A stretch of 13,457 nucleotides of DNA, taken from the IMG/VR virus record IMGVR_UViG_2541047433_000025. One strand, written 5' to 3'. A model generated the notes under the pieces. It was not told the DNA's origin and did not search any database. It was given only the letters and a program-made list of their open reading frames with translations. Made by a program: the position numbers and the translations under genes. This DNA is from a virus (lineage: Duplodnaviria > Heunggongvirae > Uroviricota > Caudoviricetes). Shown here one piece after another: positions 1 through 8,497 of this stretch. Every line of letters starts with the position of its first letter. Positions within the stretch are counted from its first letter, which is position 1.

Positions 1-1236
1 CTATGATAACCGCGCATTCAACATGGCTACCTGTTCGTCGTTCATGTCATCAATCCACATACCGTAAATTTCATACACCATCTGCGCAGTTTCATGCCCC
101 ATTTGGCTGGCTATAAATGCCGGGTTCGCTCCTGCCGTCAACAGCCAGCAGGCAAAAGTATGCCGCGTATGGTACGGATTACGGCGGCGAATACCAGCAC
201 GTTTTACTGCTGCATTCCACCTTGCCCCCAAACTGCTTACCGAGTAATAAGGTTTTTGTTTTCCGTTACACACCCTGGGCATGAAAACAAAATGCAGTTT
301 TTGCTTTTCGGTTCTGCCGTACTCCCGATGATAAAAGGTGATTTCGCTTTTGCGATGATGCCCGGTCAGTTTGTATTGCTCCTTCAGTGCTTCAAGAGCA
401 GGCTGCAGTAGTGTTACCGTCCGGATCCCCGCATTTGTTTTTGGGGGACCGAACATATCCAGTATCGTCAGGTTTCTTCTGACATTCACAACTCCCTTCT
501 CGAAATCCACATCCTCCCACGCCAGAGCAGCCAGTTCCCCGTGACGAAGCCCGGAGTATACGGCAAATTTCCACAAGTTCTGGCTCTGTCCTTTTTCACT
601 TTCCATTAATGCATTGAATTCTGTTTTAGATAACGGGTCAGGCTTTATTCTGTTTCTCTGTAATTTCTTTACTCCTTCAAATGGTTTGGTTGATATAAAT
701 CCCGACTGATACGCAAAACGTAACAACGAACAGAGCAGGGCGATATAGTTATCAACTGTGCGCACGGTTCTTCCTTTTTTGTTGGATCTTGGATTATCCA
801 GGTAAAGCGTTTCTCCATGCAGCAGTTCATTCCGGTAGTTTAAGATATCGCTATAACGAATATGCGATATCGGAGTACTCTCACAAATTATTATCCTGAG
901 TGTTTTTAATTGTGATTTCGTTTTCTTCATTGTGTTTGTTGTTAACTCTGTTTCTTTAATTTTTGTCCAGATATCACAAAGCTCCCCGAACGTTTTTATG
1001 ACCCTCGTTGTCACCATTTTTGCCCCAGTGCTGGACTGGGGAAAACGTCTTAAATACTCAAACTCACCGGAATTGATTTCATGAACTATCAACGCTCTTA
1101 AATTCCCGGCTTTTTTAATGTTACTGTTAGTAACCTCCCAGCCTTTCAATGTTTCCCGACATCGTTTTCCTCGAAACATGAACCAGATGCGAATGTATTT
1201 ACCTCGAATCTCGACACCTGTTGGTAATTTAGACAT
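1..1236 (-). CDS. intR: Tyrosine-type phage integrase, 411 aa, complete (stop at 1-3)
   Basis: Full-length minus-strand ORF from the track. C-terminal region ...YHTRHTFACWLL...GH...YEIYGMW has the R/H/Y arrangement typical of tyrosine recombinases. Sits at the prophage end next to an excisionase-like gene. Symbol from recalled K-12 Rac synteny and length. Confidence 0.9.
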   Translation of the reverse strand: MSKLPTGVEIRGKYIRIWFMFRGKRCRETLKGWEVTNSNIKKAGNLRALIVHEINSGEFEYLRRFPQSSTGAKMVTTRVIKTFGELCDIWTKIKETELTTNTMKKTKSQLKTLRIIICESTPISHIRYSDILNYRNELLHGETLYLDNPRSNKKGRTVRTVDNYIALLCSLLRFAYQSGFISTKPFEGVKKLQRNRIKPDPLSKTEFNALMESEKGQSQNLWKFAVYSGLRHGELAALAWEDVDFEKGVVNVRRNLTILDMFGPPKTNAGIRTVTLLQPALEALKEQYKLTGHHRKSEITFYHREYGRTEKQKLHFVFMPRVCNGKQKPYYSVSSLGARWNAAVKRAGIRRRNPYHTRHTFACWLLTAGANPAFIASQMGHETAQMVYEIYGMWIDDMNDEQVAMLNARLS

Positions 1237-1237
1237 A

Positions 1238-1453
1238 TCATGAGTCTTTGATAAACTGATTTATCTTTGGATAGTTATACCAGATAATCCCTCGCTTACT
1301 GTCTGGCTTCCCTAAAGGAGATACTCGTTTGAAGTGGAAGCCTTCCACCCAACAGTTCTGGCGGTATGCTTCAATTTGTCTGGCCCCCAGACCAGTGCGA
1401 AGCATCAGGCCGTATTCAACCATCCACTCTTCATTAAAGATTACTTGTGCCAT
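1238..1453 (-). CDS. ydaQ: Excisionase-like small protein (Rac ydaQ-like), 71 aa from ATG at 1453; track ORF extends to 1477
   Basis: Small ORF directly upstream of int; its stop (1238-1240) is 1 nt from the int start (xis-int arrangement). ATG at 1453 is preceded by GAGGTG. Function inferred from position and size, not from a recognised motif. Confidence 0.7.
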   Translation of the reverse strand: MAQVIFNEEWMVEYGLMLRTGLGARQIEAYRQNCWVEGFHFKRVSPLGKPDSKRGIIWYNYPKINQFIKDS

Positions 1454-1552
1454 CGCATCACCTCTGGCAGGCGCCAATGTTAGACTTAAATTGACGCCCG
1501 ATGTTGATTATTAATAATCAGCTATGAAGTTTTAATTTGAATACAATGCAAT

Positions 1553-1741
1553 TCACGAGGACTGAAGTTTCTCGCAATTAAAATTTATCAGTTTTACTTT
1601 CTGCTCTCTGGAAACGCCTGCTTCTTTTTTACCTGAGAGCATTTTTTCGCATTCTGATTTCGTTAGTTTAGATTTTGAATATCTTGTCCAGTTAGTAGGA
1701 GTGCCACCTTCCTTTTCAATAGTGGCGGTAATTTTATACAT
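1553..1741 (-). CDS. ydaC: Small phage protein of unknown function, 62 aa from ATG at 1741 (alternative starts 1753 or 1813)
   Basis: Minus-strand ORF in the track (86 aa to the farthest start). The ATG at 1741 is preceded by GGAGGTG with about 5 nt spacing. Symbol assigned only by recalled Rac gene order between ydaQ and ralR. Confidence 0.5.
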   Translation of the reverse strand: MYKITATIEKEGGTPTNWTRYSKSKLTKSECEKMLSGKKEAGVSREQKVKLINFNCEKLQSS

Positions 1742-1778
1742 GAACACCTCCATTATTATTTCCAGTGGTTCGTTTATT

Positions 1779-1940
1779 TCATCGTTCGAGTGCTTCTTTT
1801 TCACTTCCACCATAACCGGTTCGGGATTCGCATCCGTTACACTTCGCTCGGTAATATCCTGAAATGGCTTTCACCGTTACTGATGGACAACCACAAAATG
1901 GACATGGTTTAACATTGTCATATCTCATAATTTTTCTCAT
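1779..1940 (-). CDS. ralR: Lar-type restriction-alleviation zinc-ribbon protein, 53 aa (not in the ORF track, below its length cutoff)
   Basis: Manual translation: MRKIMRYDNVKPCPFCGCPSVTVKAISGYYRAKCNGCESRTGYGGSEKEALER. Two Cys pairs (CPFCGC ... CNGC) form a zinc-ribbon pattern; an in-frame stop lies 4 codons upstream of the ATG. Directly downstream of recT as in the recE-recT-lar arrangement. No clear SD seen. Its 3' end overlaps the longest alternative start of the neighbouring ydaC-like ORF. Confidence 0.55.
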   Translation of the reverse strand: MRKIMRYDNVKPCPFCGCPSVTVKAISGYYRAKCNGCESRTGYGGSEKEALER

Positions 1941-1983
1941 AAAAATATTTCAAGTTGGCGGTGCATTACACCGCCAGGCTGAA

Positions 1984-2793
1984 TTATTCCTCTGAATTAT
2001 CGATTACACTGTATTCCCCGGTTAATACAGAGGAATCTGCAGGATCGATTGTCAGTGGTTCCTTTTCATCCATTGATACTGCACGCTGGATCTCAATTGA
2101 TACGGGCAGATATTTGAACAGGCGACGAATAGCCGTTTTCTTTGCCATTTCTTCCCAGTGAGTTACCCACGGCCCGTTATTACCAGCTTTACTCTGGCTG
2201 CGCACCAGCTCAATCTGTTTGCGCGTCATAACTTCAAACTGAGTACCTCCGTCTTTCAGTCTTGCGACAGCATAGACGTGGGTAACAGGGGCATCTTCGT
2301 TTTCTCCTGGGCGGTGTATTAACTTTTCATCAAGGCCAAATTCGAAATTAAACTCGTCACCTTCACGGACAACACGGGCTGACAAGCTGGCGATTTGACC
2401 TGAACGGCGAGCCAGATCAATCATGCCTCGATAGCCAATGATTAGCTGAACGTTTTTTTTACCGCTCTTTTCGTTTTTATTACCAAAAGGCAGTAAATAT
2501 GCATGACCGAGGGCGCTACCGGGCTCAAGTCCGAGCTGTGAACACTGTACGATTGCACTGACAAAACTCATAGTGTCACAGTTTCCTAACGCCGGAACTT
2601 TACGAATTTCTGTGGTGGCGATACGGATCATACGTTCAGCCGTCATATGGCGTGGAAGAGCTGCTGCCAGTTGCTCTTTCATTGATGGCTGGTTAATAAA
2701 ACTAATCACGTCGTTATTTTTAATTGCTGCTGGTGCACGGTTTCCCTGAGTTTTTTGCAGATCGGCTTTTGCGATTGGTGGTTGCTTAGTCAT
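1984..2793 (-). CDS. recT: RecT single-strand annealing protein, 269 aa
   Basis: Track ORF is 288 aa; the internal start [14 protein letters not shown]... matches the RecT N-terminus as I recall it and is preceded by AAGGAA. Start overlaps the recE stop by 8 nt. Confidence 0.93.
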   Translation of the reverse strand: MTKQPPIAKADLQKTQGNRAPAAIKNNDVISFINQPSMKEQLAAALPRHMTAERMIRIATTEIRKVPALGNCDTMSFVSAIVQCSQLGLEPGSALGHAYLLPFGNKNEKSGKKNVQLIIGYRGMIDLARRSGQIASLSARVVREGDEFNFEFGLDEKLIHRPGENEDAPVTHVYAVARLKDGGTQFEVMTRKQIELVRSQSKAGNNGPWVTHWEEMAKKTAIRRLFKYLPVSIEIQRAVSMDEKEPLTIDPADSSVLTGEYSVIDNSEE

Positions 2794-5386
2794 TTGCATA
2801 TTCCTTAGCCCAGCGGGGCAGTGATAACGTCTTAATAGCTGGCCATTCATCGGTATTGAGGCAGTCAGCCAGGGTTCGCAGATTGCGGTGATATTCCAGC
2901 TGACCTGCCAGTTTTGCTTCTTCGCCCATCATGAAAATTTCAACCGGATAACGTCCGCATTCAATAGTTGTGCTGGCAACCAGAAAAACGAAAGTTGGCT
3001 GCACTCCAAACTGTGCTTCATAACCGTCACTGTAGAATGCATCCTGAACGTGATAGCGGTAGTCGTAATAAGCGGTTTTGAATCGTTGAATATCCGCCGT
3101 AGTTTTCACGTCCATGATCCAGTGAAATTCAGGGATAATTTTGTCCGGACGGCACCGACACAAAATTGCTGTTTCAGGATCTTCCCAGTAAATTGATGAT
3201 TCAGCGTGTCCGGCGCTTTCAACAAGCCATTGCCCCAGCGGCAAAGCCATAACGCTCTGATACATGAGTTCAATTTTCCGGCCTTCTTCGGCAGTGATAA
3301 CCGTTTTTCCTGTGCTTGCGCATTCCCTCAGAAACGCTTTCTCTTCTTCTTTTCCGGAGTTTGTCCGGCGGTTAAATTCAGGTGCTACGATAAAGCGGTT
3401 ACTGAATTCTTCCGGCTCAAGTACCCGGCAGTGGAAAGCGGTTCCTAAATCGAGCGTTTTTGTCTTTGTGGTGTCCACGGGGGCATTTTTACGCCACAAA
3501 TACAGTGCCGGAGTATCAGCAATGTCATCGAGCTGAGACTTACTGACACCGGGACCCGCGTGGTAATTCTCATTCGAAATTCCGTAATAAATACCTGGCT
3601 CTATGTCTTCTACGATTACGGGATCTGCGACTTCGCCAGTTTCATCACTGCAATCGCGATGCGGATCGCTGCCAGCATTCTCATTGTGCGGATGTTCAGC
3701 GCCTTCCATTTCCTCCGGATCATTTTCCTTAGCTTCAACCTGACTCTCTTCATCGAATGTTTCCTGGTATGTTGCGTCGCCCATCACCGCACCACAGTCA
3801 GGGCAGTTATCCCCGCCAGTCTGGCCGCAGGCATTGCAGGCTATTTCCGGTTCCTGTTGCACTACTGGCTCAGGTTGATTCATATCCGGGCTGGTTTTTT
3901 CCGTTTCTGGCTGGTTCTGGTACACACAATCGCGAGTCTGGATCCCCTTTACCCATTTCGGATCGTTCGGGTCGCTAATTCCGTCAACAAATTCACCACG
4001 TGATGCAGCAAGCAATTTATCGGCATCGACAGGATTTTTTGATGGAATGTTTTTCCGGGCTTCATGGAGTTCTGCCCGCAGTTCCTGATATTTCGCATCA
4101 ACAGAATTTACCTGTGACTGAGCATCCAGCGGCTGCGTGTCCTGATGATGTTCAGTTGCGTCCGGTTCCATTGTTTCAGCCTCTCCCTGTTCAACTGCCG
4201 TTGTTCCAGATGGTTGCGGTTTTTCTTCATCATCCTGTTTTCCTTCTTCTGTTACTCGCTGCGGCATCGGGGCAGAGGAGCGACCGCAGGCAATATCCAC
4301 GATTTCCGGATCAGGGTTGGCATGATCGGTTTCAGTCAGTACTTTGTTCAGATATTCAGTGACGTGCGCGGGGATGACCTCGATCCCAATTGGTGCTTCT
4401 TTTACGGACGCAACCACGATGGCGCGGGAATAATCCAGCCCGCCAGGCATGGTGATGAATTTGTCGCGGAAAACAGAAAAGGGCGGTTTATTTTCAGCGA
4501 TAATTTCCTCAATGCGTTTAGCGTGTGCCGGATGAAGGTTATAGATGTCCAGATCCATTGAACGGGCCAGTACGCCAGTGGCTACGTCGCGCGCCAGTGA
4601 CGTCAGATCGTGTACGAAACCTTCGCCGCGATCGGTGAGGTTTCCGCCGCCAGCATTAGCACCGGAAGCCGTGCGAGTGATGTGTGAAACACGATTACCC
4701 TTCATCCACTCTTTTGTCAGCAGTCCTCGATCGGTGTAGTCAGCGTTCAGGTATGCTTCGAAAAAAGCAGTTATCAGTCCCAGGTTTGAATTACCAGGAT
4801 TAGGGAAAACTTTGTCAGTGTCACGAACCAGTTTGTGGAGTTCGCGAATTTCCAGCGGGTCGAGCAGGCTGGTTTTGTGGGAAACAGCCAGGGCAGTAAC
4901 AGCCGGTAGTTCTTCAGCCCGAGCAATGTGTAATGCCTGGAGTCCGTCGCGTGAAACGTGCGTTACCGGTTTTTCGCTGCCGTGTTGAGCAAGCCAACGA
5001 ATGGGCAGTTCCTGGCCAGAAATTGGGAGTAGCATATTCTCCTCAATCTCAGTCATGTCTTCGCCGTTGACGTTGGTATTGCCTTGATAGTGAGCGTTGT
5101 CTGGTGCTGCTCCCGGTTTTAGTTCCCATGTCATGGAGTCTTTGCTGAGTTGATAGCGTTCACTCCAGGTAAAATCGATCTCACCTTCAGCGGGCAGGTC
5201 ATTAACGACAGGAAAATTCGTGGCAACAGCTTTAAAATAGCTGCTCAGTTTTTTACCTGACTTAACGATCAGGTAGTCCAGAGTGGCACAGGTCGATTCA
5301 AAATCGTTGCTTGCCCACAGGACGACGTCAGGTTCACCGGATGATTTTTTCGCTTTCCGTAACAGGAAGAGTGGTTTTGTGCTCAT
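2786..5386 (-). CDS. recE: RecE exonuclease VIII, 866 aa, full length
   Basis: 866-aa minus-strand ORF, the length of full-length RecE. Long acidic low-complexity N-terminal and middle region followed by a C-terminal nuclease region. Position upstream of recT. Confidence 0.93.
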   Translation of the reverse strand: MSTKPLFLLRKAKKSSGEPDVVLWASNDFESTCATLDYLIVKSGKKLSSYFKAVATNFPVVNDLPAEGEIDFTWSERYQLSKDSMTWELKPGAAPDNAHYQGNTNVNGEDMTEIEENMLLPISGQELPIRWLAQHGSEKPVTHVSRDGLQALHIARAEELPAVTALAVSHKTSLLDPLEIRELHKLVRDTDKVFPNPGNSNLGLITAFFEAYLNADYTDRGLLTKEWMKGNRVSHITRTASGANAGGGNLTDRGEGFVHDLTSLARDVATGVLARSMDLDIYNLHPAHAKRIEEIIAENKPPFSVFRDKFITMPGGLDYSRAIVVASVKEAPIGIEVIPAHVTEYLNKVLTETDHANPDPEIVDIACGRSSAPMPQRVTEEGKQDDEEKPQPSGTTAVEQGEAETMEPDATEHHQDTQPLDAQSQVNSVDAKYQELRAELHEARKNIPSKNPVDADKLLAASRGEFVDGISDPNDPKWVKGIQTRDCVYQNQPETEKTSPDMNQPEPVVQQEPEIACNACGQTGGDNCPDCGAVMGDATYQETFDEESQVEAKENDPEEMEGAEHPHNENAGSDPHRDCSDETGEVADPVIVEDIEPGIYYGISNENYHAGPGVSKSQLDDIADTPALYLWRKNAPVDTTKTKTLDLGTAFHCRVLEPEEFSNRFIVAPEFNRRTNSGKEEEKAFLRECASTGKTVITAEEGRKIELMYQSVMALPLGQWLVESAGHAESSIYWEDPETAILCRCRPDKIIPEFHWIMDVKTTADIQRFKTAYYDYRYHVQDAFYSDGYEAQFGVQPTFVFLVASTTIECGRYPVEIFMMGEEAKLAGQLEYHRNLRTLADCLNTDEWPAIKTLSLPRWAKEYAND

Positions 5387-5457
5387 TGTTTTTTAACCTC
5401 AACTCAGATTAAAATTCGTTTTGTTCAGTGAATGATCTTGCCGGATACACACTGTTC

Positions 5458-5482
5458 ATAGCCTGCGCCATACGCAGGCTAT
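5458..5482. terminator. Perfect 10-bp stem hairpin ATAGCCTGCG-CCATA-CGCAGGCTAT between racC and recE
   Basis: Stem read directly from the sequence. On the plus strand it is followed by the T-rich TTCTTTCAGATTT; on the minus strand (the coding direction) no U-run follows. Function uncertain. Confidence 0.3.
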
Positions 5483-5487
5483 TTCTT

Positions 5488-5763
5488 TCAGATTTCACCT
5501 TTTAATTTCATTGCAATTAGAGTTGCCAGAAATTCGGCTTTTTTTTCTGTGGGCAGATTCTTTCCGATATGCACCAGGCACATTTTTTTGACACCTTCAT
5601 CAAGTGTTTTTACGTTGCCTGATGGACCATCGATATCAACCACAGTGAATGGGGTTTCTTTATTTTCTGTTTTAATTACGTAGCCAATGCGCTTTCCTTC
5701 CAGATTCACCTCGTGAACAATGTCATCGGTAGTTACAACAGTGGCTTCATAATTGGTAATCAT
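5488..5763 (-). CDS. racC: RacC-like small protein, 91 aa from ATG at 5763 (track ORF extends to 5811)
   Basis: ATG at 5763 is preceded by AAGGAG. Position between recE and ydaE matches Rac synteny. Function unknown. Confidence 0.8.
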   Translation of the reverse strand: MITNYEATVVTTDDIVHEVNLEGKRIGYVIKTENKETPFTVVDIDGPSGNVKTLDEGVKKMCLVHIGKNLPTEKKAEFLATLIAMKLKGEI

Positions 5764-5837
5764 GTTTTTCTCCTTAATTAAGGTTGAGCGAATACCTGCC
5801 ATTTCTGGCATAAATTCAGTTTCGAATAGTCAATTAA

Positions 5838-6008
5838 TTAAAGTTCATGTGCCATCTGGTCTTTTTCGGCACAAGCTTCACTGCAATATTTTCTCGGTTC
5901 GTCTTTTGATAAAATCCCGTGCATGAAGTGAAGCATTCTTTCAATAGCTTTGCTTTCTTCAACGTCTTTTTTGCAAAGGTGGTAAGCACATTTTATTTTC
6001 TTAGTCAT
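5838..6008 (-). CDS. ydaE: YdaE-like small cysteine/histidine-rich protein, 56 aa (not in track)
   Basis: Manual translation: [56 protein letters not shown]. Start ATG overlaps the kilR stop by 1 nt (ATGA). An alternative start 2 codons upstream (MVM...) is possible. Confidence 0.7.
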   Translation of the reverse strand: MTKKIKCAYHLCKKDVEESKAIERMLHFMHGILSKDEPRKYCSEACAEKDQMAHEL

Positions 6009-6229
6009 CACCATGACTCCGCCTTTACAGGTAAACCATCACGACCGAGGAAGACTTTAATCATGCGGTCAGTAATGCATGTTTTTGTGGTCAGGTTACG
6101 AATATATAGTTTTCGCTTTTTAATATTGTTTGCCGAGGCAATATATGTCCGGCCTTCATGAAGAACATAATCGCCAGGAGTCACACACTGACGTGGTATT
6201 TCATCAGTTCCGAAGTGATGTGCAATCAT
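6008..6229 (-). CDS. kilR: KilR-like cell-division inhibitor, 73 aa from ATG at 6229
   Basis: Track ORF is 77 aa; the internal start [14 protein letters not shown]... gives 73 aa. Position in the leftward operon between ydaE and the immunity region matches Rac. Confidence 0.8.
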   Translation of the reverse strand: MIAHHFGTDEIPRQCVTPGDYVLHEGRTYIASANNIKKRKLYIRNLTTKTCITDRMIKVFLGRDGLPVKAESW

Positions 6230-6670
6230 AATTATCTCCATTTTTACAAATGAACTTTGTTGATGCGGTGCCTGGTGCCTCCAGGTGACTGCAACCAGTT
6301 AACAATTACAGTCGGCTTTCCCACCCAAACCAATAAGGACTAACATGACTTTTAACTGTGCCACGTGCGCTTAGCCGCATTCACCGCATCACAAAATTCA
6401 CTTTAAAAAGGGCGGACATCAGCCGAACTTCAAGAAAAAAACTGATGCCGCCAGGACTACACACAGCAATGTCGTTATTTACAACCGGAGGCGCACTCCC
6501 ACCATTTAAATTTAACAGACAAGACCGACTCTTTATGGATATCGGAAATGCGCCTTCGTGTTGTGCCCGGTTTTATTTCACCACCTCCGGGCTTCGGTGG
6601 TCTCGGCTATACCCCTACAGCGAGAGCTTGTGTTAACATTTCAATACCCTTACAGTTGAGAGTTATTGAT

Positions 6671-7159
6671 ATGTTGGATGTATTTACTCCATTGTTGAAA
6701 CTTTTTGCTAACGAGCCACTCGAAAGACTTATGTATACGATTATCATTTTTGGTCTCACTCTCTGGCTGATACCGAAAGAGTTTACTGTCGCATTCAATG
6801 CTTATACTGAAATACCTTGGCTCTTTCAGATTATCGTTTTTGCCTTTTCTTTCGTGGTCGCCATTTCCTTCTCAAGATTGCGAGCACATATTCAAAAGCA
6901 TTATTCATTACTACCAGAGCAACGAGTATTGCTTCGTTTATCTGAGAAAGAAATCGCTGTATTTAAAGATTTCCTTAAAACAGGAAATCTTATTATCACT
7001 TCTCCTTGCCGTAACCCGGTTATGAAAAAATTAGAACGGAAGGGCATCATTCAACATCAGAGTGATAGCGCAAACTGTTCTTATTATCTCGTCACCGAAA
7101 AATACTCCCATTTTATGAAGTTATTCTGGAACAGCAGGAGTAGACGTTTTAATCGTTAG
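6671..7159 (+). CDS. sieB: SieB-like superinfection exclusion protein, 162 aa from ATG at 6671
   Basis: Track ORF is 203 aa from an upstream start; the internal start MLDVFTPLLKLF... gives 162 aa with hydrophobic segments (IIIFGLTLWLIP, LFQIIVFAFSFVVAISF) consistent with a membrane protein. Only plus-strand gene in a leftward block, as in Rac. Confidence 0.8.
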   Translation: MLDVFTPLLKLFANEPLERLMYTIIIFGLTLWLIPKEFTVAFNAYTEIPWLFQIIVFAFSFVVAISFSRLRAHIQKHYSLLPEQRVLLRLSEKEIAVFKDFLKTGNLIITSPCRNPVMKKLERKGIIQHQSDSANCSYYLVTEKYSHFMKLFWNSRSRRFNR

Positions 7160-7311
7160 CTTACTGTGTGCTTCTCCAACCATCGGCGCGCACCAGTTTC
7201 GGTTTTAAATGTTTTGCTTTTGGTATACGTCATGGCAGTGAACGTTCCATCCTGGTTGGGGAACACGCCGCACACCAGGGATTCGTTGTTGCCGAGGTCG
7301 ATTTTTTGCAT
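7156..7311 (-). CDS. ydaF: YdaF-like small protein, 51 aa (not in track)
   Basis: Manual translation: MQKIDLGNNESLVCGVFPNQDGTFTAMTYTKSKTFKTETGARRWLEKHTVS. Its 3' end overlaps the sieB 3' end by 4 nt (convergent). Symbol by synteny and length. Confidence 0.55.
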   Translation of the reverse strand: MQKIDLGNNESLVCGVFPNQDGTFTAMTYTKSKTFKTETGARRWLEKHTVS

Positions 7312-7321
7312 TTTGCGAATC

Positions 7322-7456
7322 TCACATCTTGTTGCTACGTATAGCGACTTCTGCCTGCCAGAGATCCCAGTCGTTGCTGCGTAAAGCCTGCACAGCCTGG
7401 TTGTAAGTGATACCGCAACAATCCATCAAATACTGAACTACTTCGTAATGCACCAT
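7322..7456 (-). CDS. ydaG: YdaG-like small protein, 44 aa (not in track)
   Basis: Manual translation: MVHYEVVQYLMDCCGITYNQAVQALRSNDWDLWQAEVAIRSNKM. Lies between racR and ydaF on the minus strand. Symbol by synteny and length. Confidence 0.55.
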   Translation of the reverse strand: MVHYEVVQYLMDCCGITYNQAVQALRSNDWDLWQAEVAIRSNKM

Positions 7457-7620
7457 CTTATCTATCCCCTTAACGCCGGGTGGCGGAACTAACTGCTGCA
7501 CTGCAAAATTTGAATCCCGCCGTCATGTTCATACGCCTCGGGCTGGCTACTTAACCCCTGACCACTGCCTGGTAACTCGAAGTATTGCCCGGCGTTCTGT
7601 GGGGCGGGGTGGGTTGGTAG

Positions 7621-7680
7621 GTATATAATGTACTTTGTGTTCATCATTGTAAAGTACTTTAAGTACATTTTATGTATAAA
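7621..7680. promoter_or_regulatory. Second operator-like cluster between racR and ydaG
   Basis: AATGTACTTT (7627-7636), perfect palindrome AAAGTACTTT (7651-7660) and AAGTACATTT (7661-7670), the same GTAC-core motif as in the racR-ydaS operator. TATATAAT at 7623-7630 (plus) and TTTACA-N17-CATTAT on the minus strand. Confidence 0.4.
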
Positions 7681-7743
7681 AAAATGAGACGGGATAAAGT
7701 GAAGCACAAACCCGGAGGGGGACGCTACCGGATTTATGCTGGT

Positions 7744-8163
7744 TTAAGAGGCTTTTTGTTTTTTCTTTCGTGCTAACTCTTCGTAAATTGCATTGTACTT
7801 CTGTTTTTTCTCCTCAAGAGTTTTTAAAAGTTCATCTGTCTCACTGTCAGGGAGCTCGTCCAGAAGGTCAATGATGATTTTTTGTCTTGGATTTAACTCC
7901 TGATAGAAACGTATCTGTCCACTTTCTTCTGTATCCTCTCCCAAAAGATAGGTTGGTGTTGTTCCAATGAGTGTTGCTAATTCCCTTAATTTCTCTCGGC
8001 GAGGAATTGTTTCACCATTAAACCATTTGCTAACCGCTTTTGGTGTTAATTTCATTCGACGGGCAATTTCTGCCTGCCTTCCATGTTGTTCATAACCAGC
8101 GTTTTCACAGGCTAGCGCAAGCCTACTGGCGAACTCTTTACGCGCTTTATCTTCATGAACCAT
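7744..8163 (-). CDS. racR: Prophage repressor, XRE-family HTH (RacR-like), 139 aa
   Basis: Helix-turn-helix segment QAEIARRMKLTPKAVSKWFNGETIP. Transcribed divergently from ydaS across a short operator region. An in-frame stop 19 codons upstream prevents any N-terminal extension in this sequence. No SD upstream of the ATG. Confidence 0.85.
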   Translation of the reverse strand: MVHEDKARKEFASRLALACENAGYEQHGRQAEIARRMKLTPKAVSKWFNGETIPRREKLRELATLIGTTPTYLLGEDTEESGQIRFYQELNPRQKIIIDLLDELPDSETDELLKTLEEKKQKYNAIYEELARKKKQKAS

Positions 8164-8242
8164 AAGTTCAATGATATTCGCTCTTGAATGTACTGTCAGT
8201 TCTGTTATAGCATGTACTCAAAGTTCACATTGTGAGGGTGAT
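8164..8242. promoter_or_regulatory. Divergent promoter/operator region between racR and ydaS
   Basis: 79-bp intergenic region with two copies of ATGTACT (8188-8194, 8212-8218) and two of AAGTTCA (8164-8170, 8219-8225). Candidate rightward promoter TTGAAT (8184-8189) / TATAGC (8206-8211). Candidate leftward promoter CTGACA (rc of 8194-8199) / TATCAT (rc of 8171-8176), which would start transcription at or next to the racR ATG. Confidence 0.55.
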
Positions 8243-8497
8243 ATGAACCAGAAAACACTTGAAGATGTAATCAAAACTGTTCGCGTTTCTGTTGTGGCCG
8301 ACGTTTGTGGTGTCAGCCAAAGAGCAATCTACAAATGGATGGATAACGGTAAATTGCCTCGCACAGAATATACCGGCGAAACAAATTACGCTGAAAAAAT
8401 CGCTCATGCATCAAACGGATTATTTTCTGCCGATGCAATTTTAACTATTGGCAGAAATAAAACTACTACGAAAAAGCTGATGGGAGTTGATTCATGA
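8243..8497 (+). CDS. ydaS: YdaS-like small protein, 84 aa from ATG at 8243 (track ORF starts at 8171)
   Basis: ATG at 8243 is preceded by GAGGGTG. The 8171 start would leave no room for a promoter after the racR start. Stop overlaps the ydaT start (ATGA). Confidence 0.7.
   Translation: MNQKTLEDVIKTVRVSVVADVCGVSQRAIYKWMDNGKLPRTEYTGETNYAEKIAHASNGLFSADAILTIGRNKTTTKKLMGVDS

Noticed and set aside
94-574. Plus-strand 105-aa and minus-strand 60-aa ORFs inside the integrase gene
   Set aside because: Embedded in or antisense to the full-length integrase ORF; no independent support.
1329-1514. Plus-strand 61-aa ORF
   Set aside because: Antisense to the excisionase-like gene; no SD.
1955-2161. Plus-strand 68-aa ORF
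   Set aside because: Antisense to the 3' end of recT.
2888-4739. Eight plus-strand track ORFs (64-147 aa) inside recE
   Set aside because: All are antisense to the well-supported 866-aa recE ORF, have low-complexity or odd composition and no convincing ribosome-binding sites.
5919-6161. Plus-strand 80-aa ORF
   Set aside because: Antisense to ydaE and kilR, which have recognisable products and coupling.
6358-6636. Plus-strand 92-aa ORF in the kilR-sieB gap
   Set aside because: Begins at a non-ATG start, has no SD, and has Arg/Ser/Pro-rich low-complexity composition. The region is treated as non-coding, though this is not certain.
6607-7025. 63-aa minus-strand and 75-aa plus-strand ORFs overlapping sieB
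   Set aside because: One is antisense to and the other out of frame within the sieB coding region.
7166-7384. Plus-strand 72-aa ORF
   Set aside because: Antisense to the minus-strand ydaF/ydaG-like small genes that match Rac synteny.
7489-7707. Minus-strand 72-aa ORF in the racR-ydaG intergenic region
   Set aside because: Spans the AT-rich operator-like region, has odd composition and no SD, and would leave no room for promoter elements. Rejected with moderate confidence.
8180-8188. CGCTCTTGA, resembling a lambda boxA (CGCTCTTA) antitermination element
   Set aside because: It sits inside the 79-bp divergent promoter region with no adjacent boxB-like hairpin, so a chance match overlapping the operator is more likely.
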